Assembly: GCA_038240295.1 (NCBI GenBank)
Contig: JBBSDW010000003.1
Span: 1 to 53,120 of the forward strand
Source: Candidatus Kapaibacterium sp.
Lineage (GTDB): Bacteria > Bacteroidota > Ignavibacteria > Palsa-1295
Reading direction: 5' to 3'
Length of the DNA: 53,120 nucleotides
A model generated the notes under the pieces. It saw only the letters and a program-made list of their open reading frames with translations, did not search any database and was not told the origin of the DNA. Below are positions 17,534 through 26,811 of the stretch, one piece after another (position 1 is the stretch's first letter; each line of letters begins with the position of its first letter). A program made the translations under genes and the position numbers.

Positions 17534-20500
17534 CTATTTACCAGACTGCCGCGAGTAACCTACGAAGAGATCATACTCGCCATCCGAGAATTTTCTCGAC
17601 TCAAGAGAGACTTGCGTGAAGCCGACCTGCCAGTGATAGCGTTTCTCCGTGCCGATCGTCGTCTCCTTCGGCGCGCCATATTGGGTTGTCAACCAGTAGA
17701 TAATGCAATCCTGATTCGCATTTTTGTTCAGATCATGCCCATGATAGACCATGTTCATTGACTTGAAAATATTATTGTTGTCAAAGACGGTCATTCGTGT
17801 GATGGGCAAGGCGCATTCACCTGCGAGGAGCGTGTCAGTGATCGTTCGCAATCCGCCCAAGAGCGGAGTATTTGTGAGGACTTCTTTTCGGATGCCCAGT
17901 TTGTCGAGCACTTTATCTGCTGTGACTCCGAGGCTGATCTCCTTCAGATCGGCGTGCACAGAAGTGGTCGCAGGCGATTTCGATTTGGTCGATGGGCCGG
18001 ACATGGTGTCAGGCGATCCCTGGATGCGCAACAGGAAATTGAGCGTATCGAGGATGTCGCCATCGGGCGAATTGTGCAATTCAAAATTAATGAATGGCGG
18101 ATCGGCGATAAGCTGCAAGCGTTTCATCTGCGCCGGATCGGGATAAACCTGATATTTGCCAGGTGTCAGCCCGATGTTATAGAACTCTCCGGTCGAATAA
18201 CTAAGGAAATCTTCCGGCATCTTGATCTCCTTTTGATCGCCAAACCGGTTTTTGATATTGAGTTTGATGCCGCCCTGTCCTTCCGGACCATCCTTCGTGA
18301 TGAGCTTTACGTAACCACCGATCTGCCCTGCGACACTGATCGGGATGTTCACTTCGTTGAAGCTATTCGCATCGACCATCACACTGCAGGTCTGGTATTT
18401 CGGCACCCACGCAAGATTTTCAACTCCTTCCGTTGAATTCTTGAGGGTATAGGCGATGTAGGGATCGAGATCCATCACTCGAACGATGCCGTTCTCCTCG
18501 CGAACAACTCTCCCACCCTGCACTTGCACCTTGAAGTTCTTGACGATCGGCTCGCCTCTCTGATAGACGCCGTCGTTATTGAGATCGAGGAACGGGCGAA
18601 CCATGATGCCGCCGCGCTCGACGAAATTTCGATCGGATAGAACGATCTCGTTGCTCGCACCATCGAAGATGACCGAACCTTGCGCCGATGATCCGAGCGA
18701 AGCTGTCCCACCATTGGCCGCGCCCTGCGCGCCGAGTTGCACCCACGGTAGCGCATACCGGACATCGATCGATGCTCCGAATTTTTTATTTACGAGGTCT
18801 TCATGCAGATCAATGCCGATCTGTCCGCCATTGCCGAAGCCACGTTGCAGCGTTGTACCTACAACCGTAAACTGATGTGCGCCAAAATCGTAACTGGTAA
18901 GCGGTTTGATGAGAATACCATACGGCCCCACAAAATAGAATGCGAGGCTCGACGTGACTCCCTGATTCACGAAATGGAAATTCGTCCGGTTAAAAGCGGC
19001 CGTCGTCGTTAGCGTTAAGGGAATAAATGCGAATTGCCCGTTCAGCACAGCGGTCGTGTTCGTTACTGCGACGGTCGGATTTTGCTGAACGTCAAGACCA
19101 GAGATCGAGAACGAACCTTGAATAAGCGAGACGGGCGTTGAGACCGTCAGGCTTCGCTGATCCTGAGCGGCGATCAAGCCGCCAAAGCGCTGGTGCGCAA
19201 ACGGATGCTCGTACAATGCTTCGATCGAAATGCCCGAGCCCGAGGCGTAGCTCAACCTGCCTTGCATTCCAGAGCCGGATATCCATTGACCGTTGAGAAG
19301 AACGCTGTTGAAAAGCTGAGTCGAAACCGATGCGAACGGCGCGAACGGCCCGAAGCCCGGTTCCTTGTAATATTTGATACCCCCGCCAACAGTCATCAGC
19401 GTGCTCACACCCGCATCGACGTTTAACTGGGCGACGTTATTCTGGAAATTGAGCGTGTTCTTATTTGTGCCGGCTGTGAGCGAATATTCGAAATGCCCTG
19501 GCGGCAGAAACGTGTAGGGAATGCGAAGCTCGACATTCTTTGTCTGCACCTCACCCCAGGGACCGTAGAATTTCAACTTCATGCTTGTCGCACCGTAACT
19601 GAGCGGCACTGCGAACGAGTAGTTACCGGCAGCGTCGGCCTTTACGTACTTGACGAGCGTTTCGTTGATATACAACTCGACGGTCCAGCCCGGTTCGGTC
19701 TTGTCGCGGATCGTGTAGGTCGCGAATGCGCTGTTATACTGTACGGGCTTATTGCTGATCTGGAATCCAATAACAGAATCTGCGAGCGCGGTTGTGGCCA
19801 TCGAGGAAATCGTGCCGATCGTTGTTTGCGTTACGATCTTCGATTCAGGCGTAACGTATCTCCATCGCCACGGTGCCTGCTGGGCGATCGTCCGCCAATC
19901 GGTATGCTGCTGTGGCGAACCGGAATATCGCGCATCGATATCGCCGCCCAACAGATCGCCGCCGAGCGCCAGCGCGTAGGATTCTGTATGGATGCCCTGA
20001 CTCAGCGATGAGCTTATCGACCAATCGAGCACACCGGCATTCAGGATCGAGCGGCGCAACGGATACCGTCGATCGATCGTGAGATCGCCTTCGGCACCGG
20101 CAATGTTGGTCGCATTTTTCTTTCGCAAAGCATCGGTCACCGCCGGAAGTTCGCGGTCGCATTGCAACTTCACATCGAGCATGTTGAAGTTGAACTGACA
20201 ATCGATCCCAAACACTTTTTTATAAATGTCGCTTCGCAGGTAATAGGTACCGTCGGCGAGGATCAGGTCTTTTTGTGTGAGCACGATATGCGAGAGTCCC
20301 TTCCGGATATCCTTGCCCTGCAGATCGATGACATACGTCTCCGATTCATCAATGAAAAATCCGGAGATCTTTTTACGATCGGTCGAGAGATCCGATTTGA
20401 CTTTAACGAAATCGAGGACATCCATGATCGGGATATAAATATCCTGATCGATGATGATCGCCGGTACCACGCGTGTGCCGACTTTGCTCAGTGTCAGGCT

Positions 20501-20665
20501 GACGCTGATCTCGTCGGCGTTGGCTGGTAGCTCGTCGGCTTTGTAGACCACTTTGTACGCGTAAACCACAGAAGCATTCGGCGCAAGCATCGCCAACAAA
20601 AGAGCGAGCGACAACACGATGGTCCTGGACCATCCGACGTTGTCGCCTTCTCGTTTGTAGATCAT
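17534..20665 (-). CDS. Usher-like outer membrane protein of a chaperone-usher-type pilus
   Basis: Signal peptide; usher-like VELYINETLVKY...GNYSFAVPLSYG..KLKFYGPWGEV; beta-strand-rich barrel; SdrD-B-like DLNNDGVYQRGE; adjacent to chaperone and pilin genes. Start uncertain. Confidence 0.75.
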   Translation of the reverse strand: MIYKREGDNVGWSRTIVLSLALLLAMLAPNASVVYAYKVVYKADELPANADEISVSLTLSKVGTRVVPAIIIDQDIYIPIMDVLDFVKVKSDLSTDRKKISGFFIDESETYVIDLQGKDIRKGLSHIVLTQKDLILADGTYYLRSDIYKKVFGIDCQFNFNMLDVKLQCDRELPAVTDALRKKNATNIAGAEGDLTIDRRYPLRRSILNAGVLDWSISSSLSQGIHTESYALALGGDLLGGDIDARYSGSPQQHTDWRTIAQQAPWRWRYVTPESKIVTQTTIGTISSMATTALADSVIGFQISNKPVQYNSAFATYTIRDKTEPGWTVELYINETLVKYVKADAAGNYSFAVPLSYGATSMKLKFYGPWGEVQTKNVELRIPYTFLPPGHFEYSLTAGTNKNTLNFQNNVAQLNVDAGVSTLMTVGGGIKYYKEPGFGPFAPFASVSTQLFNSVLLNGQWISGSGMQGRLSYASGSGISIEALYEHPFAHQRFGGLIAAQDQRSLTVSTPVSLIQGSFSISGLDVQQNPTVAVTNTTAVLNGQFAFIPLTLTTTAAFNRTNFHFVNQGVTSSLAFYFVGPYGILIKPLTSYDFGAHQFTVVGTTLQRGFGNGGQIGIDLHEDLVNKKFGASIDVRYALPWVQLGAQGAANGGTASLGSSAQGSVIFDGASNEIVLSDRNFVERGGIMVRPFLDLNNDGVYQRGEPIVKNFKVQVQGGRVVREENGIVRVMDLDPYIAYTLKNSTEGVENLAWVPKYQTCSVMVDANSFNEVNIPISVAGQIGGYVKLITKDGPEGQGGIKLNIKNRFGDQKEIKMPEDFLSYSTGEFYNIGLTPGKYQVYPDPAQMKRLQLIADPPFINFELHNSPDGDILDTLNFLLRIQGSPDTMSGPSTKSKSPATTSVHADLKEISLGVTADKVLDKLGIRKEVLTNTPLLGGLRTITDTLLAGECALPITRMTVFDNNNIFKSMNMVYHGHDLNKNANQDCIIYWLTTQYGAPKETTIGTEKRYHWQVGFTQVSLESRKFSDGEYDLFVGYSRQSGK

Positions 20666-20744
20666 TTTTCTGAAGCCAGTTGTGTTGCAGCGTCTCGGGC
20701 GGTCGCGCGATACCAAGTGCGATTGCTTGTCCGAGGCTTGGCGC

Positions 20745-21611
20745 TTAATTCAGCTTCAACTCCGAGGATGCCTGTACGGTCTCTTTTGTCGCTTCTGGGC
20801 TGTAGGTTTGATATTCGACGATGAGCTTTCCATTGGTGAGCGTCATCCCTTTCGGGACATCGAGTGGAAGCGAGAACTTTCGCAGCGTGTTTGGATAATA
20901 GACAGCCACACCCTTAGCCACGCTCAGTACGGTTTCGACACCCCTGGCATTGACCCACTTTGCGATAAGCATTCCATACAGCGATTGTGTGCCGGAGCGA
21001 TAGAGCGTCGCATCGACAGTCGAAAGTTTTGTCTTTGGATCGAAGCCGATCTTCATTCCGCCAAGCGAAGCGACCGCCGGCGTTGTAGCGTGGCGGACAA
21101 TGATCGGGATCGCTATCCCGAAAACCGTCGTGACATCGAGGTGCATCCGCTTCGATGTATCGGCAAGTGCCTTGATCTCACGTGCACGCTTGACGGGACG
21201 GAAATAAAGGAAGCTCCGATACTCGCCTGGCGCAAGGTTTGATGGCTTGAGAAGCTGCAAGCGGATAGTTTGCGACTGGCTTGGCCCAAGCGTTACCTGC
21301 TTCGGGAAAAACCGTACGAGCTTGTCGGCGTAAAGTTCTTTTGGGTCGAGATGGGCAGAATCGATCTCCGTGATCGTGCCGTTCTCATCCATTTGCATCT
21401 GCACCATGCTGATCTGATAGGTCATCGAATCGGAGCCGGTGCTGATCAGCGTAACCATGTCGTTACGCTGTTGTCCTTCAAAGACGATACGCTTCGGATT
21501 GACGATAAGCGAGCCGGGTTTCTGCGCGTGCGCCGTTTCCCCTAAACCGAGCGATAACAGCAGCACCGCAGAGAGAGCTGCGTGACGATAAAACAAACGA
21601 CATTGTTGCAT
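20745..21611 (-). CDS. Periplasmic pilus assembly chaperone (PapD/EcpB-like)
   Basis: ATG 21611 gives signal peptide ...TAHA-Q; VNPKRIVF, VRFFPKQVTLGPSQSQTIRL, GEYRSFLYF, GIAIPIIVR. Confidence 0.8.
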   Translation of the reverse strand: MQQCRLFYRHAALSAVLLLSLGLGETAHAQKPGSLIVNPKRIVFEGQQRNDMVTLISTGSDSMTYQISMVQMQMDENGTITEIDSAHLDPKELYADKLVRFFPKQVTLGPSQSQTIRLQLLKPSNLAPGEYRSFLYFRPVKRAREIKALADTSKRMHLDVTTVFGIAIPIIVRHATTPAVASLGGMKIGFDPKTKLSTVDATLYRSGTQSLYGMLIAKWVNARGVETVLSVAKGVAVYYPNTLRKFSLPLDVPKGMTLTNGKLIVEYQTYSPEATKETVQASSELKLN

Positions 21612-21995
21612 ATCAGACTGATTCAATTGTTGGATCAAGGCTGTTCTAAATAGATTGGCTATAAGCTGATCCTGCCGATCGGTCGGCTGTGCCGATTTCT
21701 CGACACATCGGAAAAGCTGAGAAGTAGAAGCCCTGGAATCGCAGCGTTTACGTAAACTTTGACGTTCCCGTGAAAGGTTCAGTATTCGCCTGATGCTCAA
21801 GGATGGCCACAACTACATACCGCACAATCAATTACGACTGCCCGTGTCAGGTTGATCCAACTGGTTCAAACAAAAAAAAATCATAGCACTACACTTCGTT
21901 GCCGGGCTGACCCCGCCGGCGTTTCGATGTCTCTGGCAACCCTCCCCAGAGTGGCCAAAAACCGCATATCAACATCGAGTAAGAACAAAACCAGA

Positions 21996-22058
21996 AGAGC
22001 TCAGTAGCCCAAAAACAGAGCTCAGTAGCTCAAACACAGAGCTGAGCAGCTCGAAAAC
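21996..22058. repeat. 3 x 21-bp tandem repeat directly after the third pilin stop
   Basis: agagctcagtagcccaaaaac / agagctcagtagctcaaacac / agagctgagcagctcgaaaac. Confidence 0.8.
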
Positions 22059-22588
22059 TAATTATAAACCGCAATCACGTAATTCGTACCTGTATAACTT
22101 CCTCCGGCTTGCAACGCTCCAACGTTAAGCGTCGCGCCGACCGAGATCGTCTCGCTTCCATTCGTAAGTACGCCGGTTCCGGACTTTGTAAAATGGTTAA
22201 GTGTCATCGTTTGCGATCCGCCCGTTCGCGTAAGCGTGATCGAGCTCGGGAACATCAACGAATACGCAGCTGACTTATCCCCTGTGATTCGGTACGATGC
22301 TTCGTGTGGATCAGCTGTGTTCGAATTGAAAATCACAACCCCGCCAGATGCCGTTCGGTTGCCCGATTTGCTGAGCGTCACCGAACCTGCAGTCGTACTT
22401 GTAAAGATGTAGCCGAAATTCCAGTCGGCGAGCTGACTAAGACCAATCGCTGTGTGCGTTGTAGATGCACTGCTTGAATTCATGGAAGATTGCATCTGCG
22501 CGAGAACCCGCGATGCAGGCAGCAGCACGGCTATCGCCGTGCTGGCTACCAGCAACAAACCGCAGATATTTTTAAGGCTTCTCTTCAT
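22058..22588 (-). CDS. DUF4402 domain protein (putative pilin)
   Basis: Signal peptide; DWNFG; GSVTL; terminal ISVGATLNVGALQAGGSYTGT..IAVYN. Confidence 0.8.
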   Translation of the reverse strand: MKRSLKNICGLLLVASTAIAVLLPASRVLAQMQSSMNSSSASTTHTAIGLSQLADWNFGYIFTSTTAGSVTLSKSGNRTASGGVVIFNSNTADPHEASYRITGDKSAAYSLMFPSSITLTRTGGSQTMTLNHFTKSGTGVLTNGSETISVGATLNVGALQAGGSYTGTNYVIAVYN

Positions 22589-22708
22589 TATTTCGGATTA
22601 TCGTCAGATCTGGCCAAAAGCGTGCCCCTGACTTCGAATTCGCTTCTTGCCGTGGGGCGTGAAGCGTGGATCAAATACGATCGCTCGTAACAACGATTCC
22701 TCGTAGAA

Positions 22709-22732
22709 AGGATCGGTCGTTAAAACGATCCC
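22709..22732 (-). terminator. Possible weak terminator/attenuator between pilin 2 and pilin 3
   Basis: Minus-strand GGGATCG...CGATCCT stem followed by TTCT, 17 bp after the stop. Confidence 0.35.
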
Positions 22733-22748
22733 TCCCAAAAACAAGCGA

Positions 22749-23348
22749 TCAGTTATAGGTCGCGGTCATCGTGATCGTACCCTGGTACCAGCCGGCCGGC
22801 TGACCCGCCGGTACGGTCAGTGTCGCACCAACATTGATATCTTGCTTTCCGCTAACCGGTAATGTGCCGATCGTCTGCGGCGCCGTCCCACCAAAATCTG
22901 TGGTAAAGCCGCCTAAGGCAAGAGGAGTGGCTGTTCCCGTCATTTTACCAAGTCCCGTCGTGGTAATGGTAAAATTGAAGGTCAGTCCGGGTTCGCCAGT
23001 CACAGTGAATCGTGCCTCCGTCGGACCGTCGCCATCCATCGGATCGCTTCCGATCGCACCCTGCGTCATTGCGGCGAGGCCGGAATAACTGAGCGAGCCA
23101 CCGGTGGTTGTGCCTGTTGCGTGATCGGGTGTGATCTTCGCTGTACCGCTGCCTGTCGCAGGAGCGCAGAGAGCACCGAAGTTCATTTCTTCACAGCCGC
23201 AAACGTTGATCGGAATAACAAGTCTTGCATAGACATCGACTGCGCCGCTGCTGCTTGCGCAAGTCGAGCACTGTGCGTTGGCATTAGCGGCGAAGGCACC
23301 AAGTGCGATCGCCGCTACACCAAAGATCGAAATAAATGTTCGCTTCAC
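22749..23348 (-). CDS. DUF4402 domain protein (putative major pilin, paralogue B)
   Basis: GTG start; signal ANA-QCSTC; EEMNFG; terminal INVGATLTVPAGQPAGWYQGTITMTATYN. Confidence 0.8.
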   Translation of the reverse strand: MKRTFISIFGVAAIALGAFAANANAQCSTCASSSGAVDVYARLVIPINVCGCEEMNFGALCAPATGSGTAKITPDHATGTTTGGSLSYSGLAAMTQGAIGSDPMDGDGPTEARFTVTGEPGLTFNFTITTTGLGKMTGTATPLALGGFTTDFGGTAPQTIGTLPVSGKQDINVGATLTVPAGQPAGWYQGTITMTATYN

Positions 23349-23368
23349 AACAATGAGTTGAGAAGAGA

Positions 23369-23965
23369 TCAGTTATACGTAGCCGTCATGTTGATCGTGC
23401 CATGGTACCAACCGCTCGGCTGTCCAGCCGGTACGGTAAGCGTAGCACCAACATTGACTTCCTGCGAGCCAGATGTCGGGAGTGTTCCGACCGTCTGAGG
23501 AGGCGTGCCACCGTAGTTGGTGGTGAATGACGAAAGCGCAAGCGCGGTGCCAGTGCCTGTCATCTTCGCGAGGCCGGTCGAAGTGATGACCGTGTTGTAG
23601 GTAAGGCCAGGCTCACCGGTTACAACAAAGCGTGCCTCTTCGATTCCGTCACCGTCAAGTGGGTCATGGCCGATCGTACCCTGGTTGATGCCGGCGATGC
23701 CGCTATAGCTGATCGTGCCACCGTCGCCCGAGCCGCCTGTGTGATCAGGAGCAATGACTGCGGTACCCGAACCGGTTGCCGGTGCGCAGATCGCTCCGAA
23801 GTTCATCTCTTCCTCGCCTGCGACGTGGATAGGGACAACAATACGTGCGTACGCATCAACGCTTCCGCTGCTGCTTGCGCATGTCGAGCACTGTGCCAAT
23901 GCATTGCTGGTAAATGCACCAAGTGCAAGCGCTGCAAGGCCAAGAAGTTTCATTGAGTTTTTCAT
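23369..23965 (-). CDS. DUF4402 domain protein (putative major pilin, paralogue A)
   Basis: Signal ALA-QCSTC; EEMNFG; terminal VNVGATLTVPAGQPSGWYHGTINMTATYN; collinear with paralogue B. Confidence 0.8.
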   Translation of the reverse strand: MKNSMKLLGLAALALGAFTSNALAQCSTCASSSGSVDAYARIVVPIHVAGEEEMNFGAICAPATGSGTAVIAPDHTGGSGDGGTISYSGIAGINQGTIGHDPLDGDGIEEARFVVTGEPGLTYNTVITSTGLAKMTGTGTALALSSFTTNYGGTPPQTVGTLPTSGSQEVNVGATLTVPAGQPSGWYHGTINMTATYN

Positions 23966-24332
23966 AAGCTGAAGTCAGTTTTTTCTAAGGAAGTAAATGT
24001 CGGTCTGTCAAAACAAGATAGACCTTCAATGTGAATTAGGAAAACATTACGAGCATCGAAGCATCGTCAGCGTGTGAAAGCCGCGATTCATCCAACGTCC
24101 ATATTTCATTGACGATATGCCCTTCGGCGATACCGGTGCGCCCCTTTAGGCGTCGACGCTGTTCAAGGCGCCAAGAAAGCACGTTTCTGGAAATCCAAGG
24201 TCTCTCAGAGAAAGGATCCCTTAAGCACGATTCTAAACCATCGTCTGAGTTCGATAGATCTTGGACTAATCTACTTTGCTCGTTCGACCCCAGATCAGCT
24301 ACCTCCGCCCAGGTGCTCTGATTTGGTGGATG

Positions 24333-24362
24333 CAAATATAAGCGATAAAAACCGTTTGTCAA
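24333..24362 (-). promoter_or_regulatory. Bacteroidota-type sigmaA promoter for the pilus locus
   Basis: Minus strand TTG-N19-TATATTTG, matching the TTTG-N19/21-TAnnTTTG consensus. Confidence 0.7.
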
Positions 24363-24670
24363 GTGCCCGATCGGCGACGTGAAATCACGCTTCGGAGCCG
24401 TGTGCGAAATCTGCACGCTAATGGAGCAAGTTCGCTCCAAATGCATCGTTATCGACCATCGCTCGAACGCCTTAGTACCGAAACGGTACAAAAAAATATT
24501 TTATTTTTTTTAGAGCTTTTTAGCGCGGAACCCTTGAAGTTCAGCCGACTCGCAGCCGTTCGTCACAAGTTCGACTCTCAGCAAAGCAAACAACGCTCCA
24601 AAACTCTCGAATGGAACTTACAAAATTCATACGAGAAAGCTACCCAAGAATTCACTTCTCACATCCAAGG

Positions 24671-24870
24671 AGGCGGGAATCCATCCCCTGCATTCCGGCC
24701 GCCCAAAAGTGGATTCCCGCCTTCGCGGGAATGACAACCGAGAGATGATTCATGACTTGAACGTGTGTTCCCAGCGTTGCAGACGTGAATCCCTTCGTCA
24801 TTCCTGTAGCGGCGGGAATCCATCCCCTGCTTCCCGAGTGGTAAAAAGGGGTTACATGCCTTCGCGGGAA
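24671..24870. repeat. Two degenerate CGTC-type REP pairs (GTCATTCCCGCGAAGGCGGGAATCCA class)
   Basis: aggcgggaatcca 24671 ... tggattcccgccttcgcgggaatgac ending 24735; cgtcattcc..ggcgggaatcca 24796 ... ccttcgcgggaa ending 24870. Confidence 0.85.
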
Positions 24871-25009
24871 AAACAATTTGTGGCTGCAATGCTATCTTCG
24901 AAACGTGAGAATTCCTCAATTTTAGCGCTCTTTACGGCGCGGCTGTCAAATCTTCGTAAATTCGTAACAATTAACATACTTTTTCCACTCAAATCCGAGA
25001 GGATCTATA

Positions 25010-26803
25010 GTGCGATACCGCTGGCGATTTCCGTCCATTTTGGCGGAGGATCTCGAAGCAGTTCGCGGGTTACAACAGTCGATCAATGTTCCGGAGAGTA
25101 TAGCATCGGTTCTGGTTGGTAGAGGGGTCAAAACGTTTGATGATGCGCGGGATTTTTTCCGTCCTTCAATCGAACGTCTGCATGACCCTTACCTGCTGCA
25201 TGATATGGACCGCGCCGTAGAGCGCATCACGCTCGCGATCACGAATCGCGAGCAGATGGCGGTATACGGCGACTACGATGTTGACGGAACAACGAGTACA
25301 GCGATGCTTACGCTGTTTCTCACATCGATCGGCGCCTGCGTCTCCTTTCATACCCCCGACCGGTTCACCGAAGGCTACGGCCTTTCGATCTCCGGACTCG
25401 ACCGATGCCTCAAACATCCCGATGGCAAACCGGGACTGATCATCAGTATCGACTGCGGTATTACCGCCGTCGAAGCTGTGGCATACGCGCAAACGAATGG
25501 CGCCGATGTGATCATCTGTGACCATCATGAACCTGCCGACGAAATACCGGCGGCCTATGCGATACTCAATCCGATCAAACCGGGCTGCGGATATCCCAAC
25601 AAAAGCTTGTGCGGATGCGGAGTCGGGTTCAAACTCGTGCAGGCGCTCTCGGCCTCGTTCGGAGTGCCCGAAGCGGCGTGTGAATATCTGGACTTCGTTG
25701 CGCTCGCATCTTCGGCCGATATCGTTTCGCTAAAAGGCGAGAACCGCATCATGACTTCGCAGGGTCTTGCGATCCTCAATGAAAATCCAAGACCAGGTTT
25801 GCGCGCATTGATCGACGCGGCACACATAAAGCATGGCAGACTCGGGACCAACCAGATTGTCTTCGGTCTTGCGCCGAGAATCAACGCCGCAGGCAGATTG
25901 GGCGATGGCGGCCGCGCCGTTCGGCTGATGTGCGCAAAGACCGATCAGGAAGCGCTCGAAGCCGCGAGCGAACTCGAACTTGCAAACAGCGACCGAAGAA
26001 AGATCGACGAAGAAGCATTTCTCGAAGCTGTCGTCATGGTCGACGAAATGCTCAATCGCGATAACGATCGTATTATCGTTTTGCACCATCCCGACTGGCA
26101 TGCCGGTGTGATTGGTATCGTTGCAAGCCGGCTTGTGGAGCGCTATCACCTTCCGGTCATCCTCATGACCACGATCGATGGCATTGCAAAAGGCAGTGCG
26201 CGCTCAATCCCAGGATTCGATATTCACTCTGCGCTCAAACGCTGTGAAGAAAAACTTATCACGTTCGGCGGACATAAATACGCGGCCGGTGTAAGCATTA
26301 AAGTTGAACGCGTCGCAGAGTTTCGCACCGCGGTCAATCTTGTTGCACTCGAAATGGTAAGCGACGCGATGCTTGAGCCGGAGATCGAAATCTCGGCGTT
26401 GATCGATCTCAATGAACTCACGCCCAAGCTTTTCGCGATCATCCGGCAGTTTTCGCCATTTGGCCCCGATAACACACGTCCCTTCTTTTACGCAAAGGAT
26501 ATCGAGATCGTCGGTCCTCCGCGCATCGTTGGACGAGGTACTTCGCACTTGAAATTTCAGGTGCGTTCGTCGAAACCCCTCAAGCCAGATGCTGCGCTGA
26601 TCAAGGCGACACCAAACGTCCGGCCGTTCACGCTTGGCGGAGGCACGATCGAAGCCATCGGATTTGGTCTCGGCGAACGCATCAGCGAGTTGGTCGATGA
26701 CACAGGAAGGGCAAGGCAAAATCTCGAGATGGTCTTTGCACTCGAAGAGAACGAGTACATGGGCAGGGTCAGCCCGCAGCTTGTCGTGCGAGATTTCAGG
26801 TGA
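25010..26803 (+). CDS. recJ: Single-stranded-DNA-specific exonuclease RecJ
   Basis: YGDYDVDG, IDCG, DHH motif, APRINAAGR, GSARS, GGHKYAAG, PFGPDN. Confidence 0.97.
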   Translation: MRYRWRFPSILAEDLEAVRGLQQSINVPESIASVLVGRGVKTFDDARDFFRPSIERLHDPYLLHDMDRAVERITLAITNREQMAVYGDYDVDGTTSTAMLTLFLTSIGACVSFHTPDRFTEGYGLSISGLDRCLKHPDGKPGLIISIDCGITAVEAVAYAQTNGADVIICDHHEPADEIPAAYAILNPIKPGCGYPNKSLCGCGVGFKLVQALSASFGVPEAACEYLDFVALASSADIVSLKGENRIMTSQGLAILNENPRPGLRALIDAAHIKHGRLGTNQIVFGLAPRINAAGRLGDGGRAVRLMCAKTDQEALEAASELELANSDRRKIDEEAFLEAVVMVDEMLNRDNDRIIVLHHPDWHAGVIGIVASRLVERYHLPVILMTTIDGIAKGSARSIPGFDIHSALKRCEEKLITFGGHKYAAGVSIKVERVAEFRTAVNLVALEMVSDAMLEPEIEISALIDLNELTPKLFAIIRQFSPFGPDNTRPFFYAKDIEIVGPPRIVGRGTSHLKFQVRSSKPLKPDAALIKATPNVRPFTLGGGTIEAIGFGLGERISELVDDTGRARQNLEMVFALEENEYMGRVSPQLVVRDFR

Positions 26804-26811
26804 CCTAAGAT

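Noticed and set aside
21880-21960. c-di-GMP-I riboswitch before the chaperone
   Set aside because: GGCAAAC/GAAA/GACGCAAA elements are not found in the required order.
24355-24370. c-di-GMP-II riboswitch suggested by GGGCACTTG
   Set aside because: It overlaps the -33 promoter element upstream of the predicted transcription start, and other consensus parts are absent.
24036-24491. 151-aa ORF upstream of the pilins
   Set aside because: No recognisable motifs, and the consensus promoter lies inside it; probably spurious.
24652-25122. ORFs containing VIPAKAGIH / MDSRLRGND
   Set aside because: These are translations of the REP palindromes, not genes.
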